Assembly (NCBI GenBank): GCA_963777505.1
Contig: CAVZQN010000004.1
Span: forward strand, 576,001 to 640,000
Origin: an uncultured bacterium
GTDB taxonomy: Bacteria > Acidobacteriota > HRBIN11 > JAKEFK01
Reading direction: 5' to 3'
DNA: 64,000 nt
This document shows positions 58,470-64,000 of the stretch, in pieces (position 1 is the stretch's first letter; each line of letters begins with the position of its first letter). A model generated the notes under the pieces. The model worked only from the letters and a program-made list of their open reading frames with translations, searched no databases and had not been told where the DNA came from. A program made the position numbers and the translations under genes.

Positions 58470-59267
58470 ATGAATTACGAAACTCTGCTGATCGAAATCA
58501 AAGACTCGGTTCTGTGGTGCCGTTTGAACAGGCCTGAATTGCGCAATGCATTCAATCCGAAAATGATTGCGGAGCTTGCAGCAATTCCGCAGTTGATCAC
58601 TCCCGATGTTCGTGTTGTTGTGCTTTCTGGTGAAGGAAATGTTTTTTCTGCCGGTGGTGATATGAATTGGATGCGCCGGAGTTTAGATTTAAGCCGGGAT
58701 CAAAATCTTAAGGATGCAGAGAACCTTGCAAATATGCTTCTTGCATTGGATCGTCTGCCTGTCCCATTAGTTGGAATGGTTCATGGTGCAGCGATGGGTG
58801 GTGGAATTGGGCTTGTCAGCATTTGCGACTATGCGATTGCTTCCAATGAAACAATATTTAGTTTTAGTGAAGTGCGTCTTGGGATTGTGCCGGCATGCAT
58901 CGCACCGTTTGTTATCCGTAAAATAGGACCGGGTCATGCACGTGCGATGTTCACAACCGCCGAACGATTCGATGCGCAAAAGGCTTTTGATATTGGCTTG
59001 ATCCATCGAGTCGCTGCAAACAAAGATGAACTTCAGCAGATCACAAACAAAAAAGTGGAAGAGATTAAAGAATGTGGTCCGAATGCTTTGAGGATCGCGA
59101 AAAAGATTATTTTTGATTTGCTTGAACCAGATGACAGCAAACAGCTGAAATTTGTTGCTGAAATTCTAGCAGGTGTGCGTGTGAGTGAGGAAGGTCAAGA
59201 AGGATTGAAGGCGTTTCTTGAAAAACGGAAGCCTGAATGGAAGAAACGTACAGATGAAAATTCGTAA
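58470..59267 (+). CDS. liuC: Methylglutaconyl-CoA hydratase (crotonase family)
   Basis: LNRPELRNAF, FSAGGD, GGGIGL, FSEVRLGIVPA; operon context. Confidence 0.85.
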   Translation: MNYETLLIEIKDSVLWCRLNRPELRNAFNPKMIAELAAIPQLITPDVRVVVLSGEGNVFSAGGDMNWMRRSLDLSRDQNLKDAENLANMLLALDRLPVPLVGMVHGAAMGGGIGLVSICDYAIASNETIFSFSEVRLGIVPACIAPFVIRKIGPGHARAMFTTAERFDAQKAFDIGLIHRVAANKDELQQITNKKVEEIKECGPNALRIAKKIIFDLLEPDDSKQLKFVAEILAGVRVSEEGQEGLKAFLEKRKPEWKKRTDENS

Positions 59268-61188
59268 AGTCCTCATTGCAAATCGTGGTGAGATTGCCCA
59301 CCGCATTGCTGCAAGCGCACGCAAGTTAAATGTTCCATCCGTTGGCATTTATACACCCCAAGATAAAGATTCGGTGTTTGTTCGCTTGGTAGATCAAGCA
59401 ATTCCGCTACCTGCCGGCGATCTATCTACAAACTACCTGAATGCCGAGCTGGTGATCCGTTGCGCTCTTGAATCCGAAGCCAATGCGATCCATCCCGGTT
59501 ATGGTTTTCTTTCGGAGAATCCGGATTTTGCAGCGAAAGTCGAAGCCTCAAATTTAATCTGGATTGGTCCGAATGAACTGGCGATGCGCGAAATTGGAGA
59601 TAAGATGCGCGCGAAAGAAATCGCCGTGGCTGCTAATGTCCCGGTAGCTCGCTGGAAACATCTTGAAGAAAATCCAGGCAAACGGGAAATCAAATCAATT
59701 CTTAAAGAAATCGGACTTCCTGCCCTAATTAAAGCTTCGCGTGGTGGAGGAGGCCGAGGTCAAAGAATTGTTCGAGATGCTTCAGAATTTGAGGAAGCAC
59801 TTCGCACGGCTCGTTCAGAAGCAGTGCGTTCGTTCGGATCTGGAGATTTATTCATTGAAAGTTTTCTCGAAAACCCTCGACACGTTGAAGTTCAAATATT
59901 AGCTGATCAGCGGGGGCATGTCTTTGCATTAGGTGAGCGGGATTGCACGCTTCAACGAAGGAACCAAAAAGTCGTTGAAGAAACTCCTGCTGCAATCTTA
60001 GATGATGAAACTCGCAAGCGATTGCATTCTGCTGCCATCGGTCTCGCTACAACTGCAGGTTACACGAATGCAGGTACCGTGGAATTTCTTTGCAAACAAA
60101 ATGAGACTGGCGTCTGGGAATTTTTCTTTATGGAAATGAACGCGCGGCTGCAAGTGGAGCATCCCGTAACTGAAATGGTCTGGGATCTCGATCTTGTTGA
60201 ACTTCAATTCCGCGTTGCATCGGGTGAATCAATCGAACCGTTGATGGTAGACAAACACCCTTCCGGGCATGCGATTGAATTGCGGCTGAATGCTGAGGAT
60301 CCCGCGAATCATTTTTTGCCGACCCCCGGGCCAATTACTACATTGAAGTTTCCCCAAGGTGAGGGAATTAGAGCCGACACCGGCTTTGAGGCGGGAGATA
60401 CGATCTCGCAAGAGTACGATTCGCTTTTTTCTAAATTGATTGTTCATGCGAACAACCGGGATGATGCTTTGCGGAAAGCTTCGGCGGCCTTGCAAAATAC
60501 AACGATTGCCGGTGTGCTGAACAACAAATATTTCTTGCAAGCGGTTTTGAATCACAATGATTTTCAACAAAATAATGTTCATACACGCTGGATTGAATCT
60601 CATCCGGAACTTTCTGAATCCTCTAACGCTCTGGATGAGGATCTTGTAGTTTGGGGAAAGAAATTAAGTTCTGAACTTTTCGTTCAAAGAAATGAATACG
60701 TACCTTTAGAACCGTTGTTGGAGTCCAATTTTACTCCTTCAATTTTGAAGTCATTTATTCCTGATGAGGATCATGGAAGTTCGTCAGCTCAAGGTCTTGT
60801 CAGAATTTCTGGAAAATTTGAAGCCGCTGAGGAGGGTGAAGTTTTAGCATCGGGTTGGATAACGCGTTTTGAAATGTGCATCTCTCTTCAGCGTGCTGTC
60901 CGTGGAGTGGGACAAAGAAAGCTTGCGTTTGCCGGACAATTTGAAGTCGAAGATTTCAAAACGCATCACGGTCCTATTGTTGCGCAGGTTCCAGGAGTTG
61001 TGCTCAATGTTCGTGCGCAGGTGAATGAAGTTGTTGGAGCGCAAGAACCGATCCTAGTTGTTGAAGCGATGAAGATTGAAATGCCGATGAGTCTTCCAGT
61101 TCCTGCCCGCATTACAGCAATTCATGTAAAAGAGGGGGATCGCATCAAGCCGGGTCAGACATTGATTAGCTGGGAACCCGCCGCCTGA
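59254..61188 (+). CDS. liuD: 3-methylcrotonyl-CoA carboxylase alpha subunit (biotin carboxylase plus carrier)
   Basis: LIANRGEIA, HPGYGFLSEN, GGGGRG, EMNARLQVEHPVTE, EAMKIE biotin site; start MKIRK at 59254. Confidence 0.88.
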   Translation: MKIRKVLIANRGEIAHRIAASARKLNVPSVGIYTPQDKDSVFVRLVDQAIPLPAGDLSTNYLNAELVIRCALESEANAIHPGYGFLSENPDFAAKVEASNLIWIGPNELAMREIGDKMRAKEIAVAANVPVARWKHLEENPGKREIKSILKEIGLPALIKASRGGGGRGQRIVRDASEFEEALRTARSEAVRSFGSGDLFIESFLENPRHVEVQILADQRGHVFALGERDCTLQRRNQKVVEETPAAILDDETRKRLHSAAIGLATTAGYTNAGTVEFLCKQNETGVWEFFFMEMNARLQVEHPVTEMVWDLDLVELQFRVASGESIEPLMVDKHPSGHAIELRLNAEDPANHFLPTPGPITTLKFPQGEGIRADTGFEAGDTISQEYDSLFSKLIVHANNRDDALRKASAALQNTTIAGVLNNKYFLQAVLNHNDFQQNNVHTRWIESHPELSESSNALDEDLVVWGKKLSSELFVQRNEYVPLEPLLESNFTPSILKSFIPDEDHGSSSAQGLVRISGKFEAAEEGEVLASGWITRFEMCISLQRAVRGVGQRKLAFAGQFEVEDFKTHHGPIVAQVPGVVLNVRAQVNEVVGAQEPILVVEAMKIEMPMSLPVPARITAIHVKEGDRIKPGQTLISWEPAA

Positions 61189-61242
61189 GTTTCTCCACCA
61201 CTCCACTGCCGCTCCGCCCCTCCGCAGTATAGAATTATTAGT

Positions 61243-62154
61243 ATGTTAAATATTTACGAGGTTGGTCCGCGCGATGGCCTTCAAAACGAAAAGAAACTTT
61301 TGTCGGTCGATCAAAGGCTGAACTTAATTGAATCTCTGCTCGCAGCAGGTCTTGAAGATATTGAAATCGGTGCTTTTGTTCGGCCTGATCGCATTCCCCA
61401 AATGGCTGGGACCGAAGATCTTTACCGCAATCCGCGTTTTCATGAATTGCGCACGCGTTTTCCCAATGCAAGATTCTGGTCGCTTGTTCCTAATGAAAAA
61501 GGCATGGCACGGGCGTCGGAAGTGGGTGCAGATCGAATCGCAGTTTTTACTGGGGCAACGGAAACATTCGTACAAAAGAATATTGGAATGTCTATCGATG
61601 AGTCATTGCAAGTATTTTCGCGAGTGATTAAACAGGCTGCTGTCGAAAAAAAAGAAGTTCGAGGTTACATTTCAGTTTGCTGGGTTTGTCCATATGAAGG
61701 TGAAGTGAAGCCGGAGCAAGTTGTGCCTGTGATTCAGAAAATGTTGGATATGGGAATTCCGAACATATCGTTAGGGGATACGATCGGTCGCGCGCATCCA
61801 AATTCGACGGAGATGTTATTGACACAAGTTTTGAAAATTGCACCGGCCGAAAACTTTTCTGTCCACTTTCACGATACATATGGAATGGCGCTTGCGAATA
61901 TTGATCGCAGTGTGCGGCTTGGAATCCAAACGATTGATAGCTCAATTGGCGGTCTAGGCGGATGCCCCTATGCTCCCGGTGCCTCGGGAAATGTAGCGAC
62001 AGAAGATGTTTATTCACTTTTGGAAGGTTATTCAAAGGAAAAACCAAACATCGGTTTTGAAGAGCTGATGAAGGCCGCACAATTGGCCCAGGAAATGGTG
62101 GGCCACTCACTACCCTCGCGCAGGTTAACAGCTTACATTGCTACTCATAAATAA
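61243..62154 (+). CDS. liuE: Hydroxymethylglutaryl-CoA lyase
   Basis: EVGPRDGLQNE, HFHDTYG, GGCPYAPGASGNVATED. Confidence 0.95.
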   Translation: MLNIYEVGPRDGLQNEKKLLSVDQRLNLIESLLAAGLEDIEIGAFVRPDRIPQMAGTEDLYRNPRFHELRTRFPNARFWSLVPNEKGMARASEVGADRIAVFTGATETFVQKNIGMSIDESLQVFSRVIKQAAVEKKEVRGYISVCWVCPYEGEVKPEQVVPVIQKMLDMGIPNISLGDTIGRAHPNSTEMLLTQVLKIAPAENFSVHFHDTYGMALANIDRSVRLGIQTIDSSIGGLGGCPYAPGASGNVATEDVYSLLEGYSKEKPNIGFEELMKAAQLAQEMVGHSLPSRRLTAYIATHK

Positions 62155-62232
62155 TTCTGTGTCTTTGTGGTTTGACTTTTGGTATGCCGATATATAACAT
62201 TCGATCAAGTTTTATCCTTAGGAGGAGGTCTT

Positions 62233-62769
62233 ATGTATCAAAAAATTGCGACAAAGCTGCCCATGTATGATGAAGAAGCGGTGCAGCCGATGAGAGATGA
62301 ATTAATTGCTTATGGTTTTGATGAATTAAGGACATTGGAAGCTGTCGATCAAGCGCTGTCCAATTCGCAAGGAACAGTTTTGGTCGTCGTGAATTCCGTT
62401 TGCGGTTGTGCAGCCGGCAGTGCTCGTCCTGGAGCAGGTGCAGCACTTCAAAACCAGGTAATTCCTGATCGTATGGTGACTGTATTTGCGGGTCAGGACC
62501 GTGATGCAGTGGATCAGGTTCGACAGCAGTATTTAGGACAGTTTCCTCCTTCTTCGCCTTCGATGGCTTTGTTTAAAGATGGCAAGCCAGTGTACATAAT
62601 GCATCGTTCGATGATTGAAGGAAGGATGCCGGAGCAGGTTGCTGCTGAGTTATCACGGGTGTTCAATGAACATTGCTCGCGCAAAGGCCCATCAGTAACG
62701 GCTGAGGATTATGCCAAGATCACGCATGCTGTCGCTTGCGGATCCTCTATTCCGAGAGCCAATCACTGA
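62233..62769 (+). CDS. BrxA/BrxB-family bacilliredoxin
   Basis: VNSVCGCAAGSARPG, TVFAGQD, PPSSPSMALFKDG; AGGAGGAGG RBS before ATG 62233. Confidence 0.93.
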   Translation: MYQKIATKLPMYDEEAVQPMRDELIAYGFDELRTLEAVDQALSNSQGTVLVVVNSVCGCAAGSARPGAGAALQNQVIPDRMVTVFAGQDRDAVDQVRQQYLGQFPPSSPSMALFKDGKPVYIMHRSMIEGRMPEQVAAELSRVFNEHCSRKGPSVTAEDYAKITHAVACGSSIPRANH

Positions 62770-62789
62770 GTAGTACGACAACAATAGTA

Positions 62790-63680
62790 CTACTGTTCCA
62801 ACGCGACGAATGCCAGGTTTTTGCCATCAGGCGATACTGCCAATCGTGTAATTCCAGGGATCTTGAGGTCTGCCAGTAATTGCCAATCAGAGTCCTTGCC
62901 TGGCCTATAGCCGTACAATTTTGATTCTTGTGCCATCAGGATTGTTCCATCGGGAGTCCATGTAAAATCATGCTCCTCAGTGGGCAAAGCCTGAACAATT
63001 GGCTTAATCGTACCCGAAAGATCGATTTGCTGAATCCACCATTCTTGCTTTTCGTTCTGTTGAATAAAACTGGCATCTTTCGTACCTGGAATTTTCTGTA
63101 AACTTCGACCGATATTGTCCGCAATCTTTTGTGCCTTACCGGTTCGGACATCGGCGCGTTGCAAGGTCGCTGGTTCACCCAAAACGTATAGCAGAAGCGT
63201 ATTTTCATCCAACCAGAGATGATAGCCGACCGGTTTTACATTTTCGAGAACGAGAACAGGTGAGCCGCCGTTTAGCGGAAATTTCCAAAGGCGTTGTGTT
63301 TTATCTTTATCTAATTCGACTCGCACAACAGAAAGAAATTTTCCGTCCGGAGTTAACGTAGGTGAATATTCACTTTCGGTTGTGCTGATGATTTGCCGTT
63401 TTGCATTTGTTTGAAGATTGATCGCGAACGTATCTGCCTGTTCTTTATCGATTGATGTAAAGAACAGCTCACTGTTTGGAAAAAATACAGGTTGATTATC
63501 GTATCCTTTCCGTTTTGTGAGGTTGATTGGCGCACTGAATTGCAGACTCTTACCCTCTGAAGTCATCTTTGAAATGTAGATATCAGTGTCGGGTGGAGGT
63601 TGTGTTTGGGGCTGTGACTGCGACTGCGGGGTTTGGCTTTCGGCGAAATTGAGCAAAAACAACAGCACAATCAATACCAT
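62790..63680 (-). CDS. Exported TolB/PD40-like beta-propeller protein
   Basis: GYDNQP, ESEYSPTLTPDG, VGYH.W, ITRLAVSPDG; the longer ORF-track start runs through heptamer repeats. Confidence 0.82.
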   Translation of the reverse strand: MVLIVLLFLLNFAESQTPQSQSQPQTQPPPDTDIYISKMTSEGKSLQFSAPINLTKRKGYDNQPVFFPNSELFFTSIDKEQADTFAINLQTNAKRQIISTTESEYSPTLTPDGKFLSVVRVELDKDKTQRLWKFPLNGGSPVLVLENVKPVGYHLWLDENTLLLYVLGEPATLQRADVRTGKAQKIADNIGRSLQKIPGTKDASFIQQNEKQEWWIQQIDLSGTIKPIVQALPTEEHDFTWTPDGTILMAQESKLYGYRPGKDSDWQLLADLKIPGITRLAVSPDGKNLAFVALEQ

Positions 63681-63686
63681 ATAACC

Positions 63687-63736
63687 TGTGGCTTGCATCC
63701 TGTATCCTGTAGCTTGCATCTTGTACCTCGCATCTT
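63687..63736. repeat. Degenerate heptamer tandem repeat (TGCATCC/TGTATCC/TGTAGCT)
   Basis: TGTGGCT TGCATCC TGTATCC TGTAGCT TGCATCT TGTACCT CGCATCT. Confidence 0.65.
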
Positions 63737-63755
63737 ATTCTACTAGTACCTTTCT

Positions 63756-64000
63756 ATGTCAAGAAAACCGTCTGTTGCAACCACCGTTTTGGATTCATTT
63801 CATCCGCCAGTAAAGAAGTGGTTTGAAAGTATTTTTGATGAGCCAACGCGTGCGCAAGTGCTGGGATGGCCGGTCATTGAATCCAATCGTAACGCATTTA
63901 TTTTGGCACCTACGGGTTCCGGAAAAACATTGGCGGCATTTCTTTCGGCGATCAATCACATCATGTTTGAACCGCTGCCAGCAAAAAAGGAACGATGTCG
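63756..64000 (+). CDS. lhr: Lhr-family DEAD/DEAH helicase, N-terminal part (runs off the window)
   Basis: Translated by hand: FHPPVKKWF...EPTRAQVLGWPVI...ILAPTGSGKTLAAFLSAI. Confidence 0.88.
   Translation, partial: MSRKPSVATTVLDSFHPPVKKWFESIFDEPTRAQVLGWPVIESNRNAFILAPTGSGKTLAAFLSAINHIMFEPLPAKKERC

Noticed and set aside
56878-62154. liuBCDE operon as a novel system
   Set aside because: Standard leucine/isovalerate catabolism; absence of liuA from the operon is unremarkable.

Overview
A gene-dense bacterial window of moderate GC, probably Acidobacteriota or a similar soil/sediment lineage (inferred from gene content, not shown). No rRNA, tRNA, CRISPR array, transposase or phage gene was recognised. 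The main feature is a ~24-kb minus-strand cluster of 18 tightly packed genes (22625-46923). It encodes a GriC/GriD- or EhpF/EhpG-like two-component carboxylate reductase pair, an Fe-alcohol dehydrogenase, a HemN-like (class C-type) radical SAM enzyme, a GT4 glycosyltransferase with a CxxC motif, a hotdog thioesterase, five exported PQQ/BamB-like beta-propellers, a TonB receptor, an SSS symporter with a small partner, a CPA2 antiporter and a large MacB/LolCE-type ABC system. Its two transcription units are each preceded, 28-29 bp from the start codon, by an identical 18-bp site containing a BlaI/MecI/CopY-type palindrome (ACTACA-N2-TGTAGT). I know of no characterised pathway with this composition. 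Elsewhere there is an SxtIJK-like carbamoyltransferase module with a kinase-like lipoprotein and a GT-C transferase, and three Hanks-type Ser/Thr kinases (one carrying an orphan HisKA segment, one TPR kinase split by frameshifts). The window also has an FHA-PrsW fusion, murI, lhgO, the leucine catabolism genes liuBCDE, a bacilliredoxin, the start of lhr and several REP-like repeat families. Clustered frameshifts near 21.5 kb and 54.9-56.7 kb may be sequencing errors.
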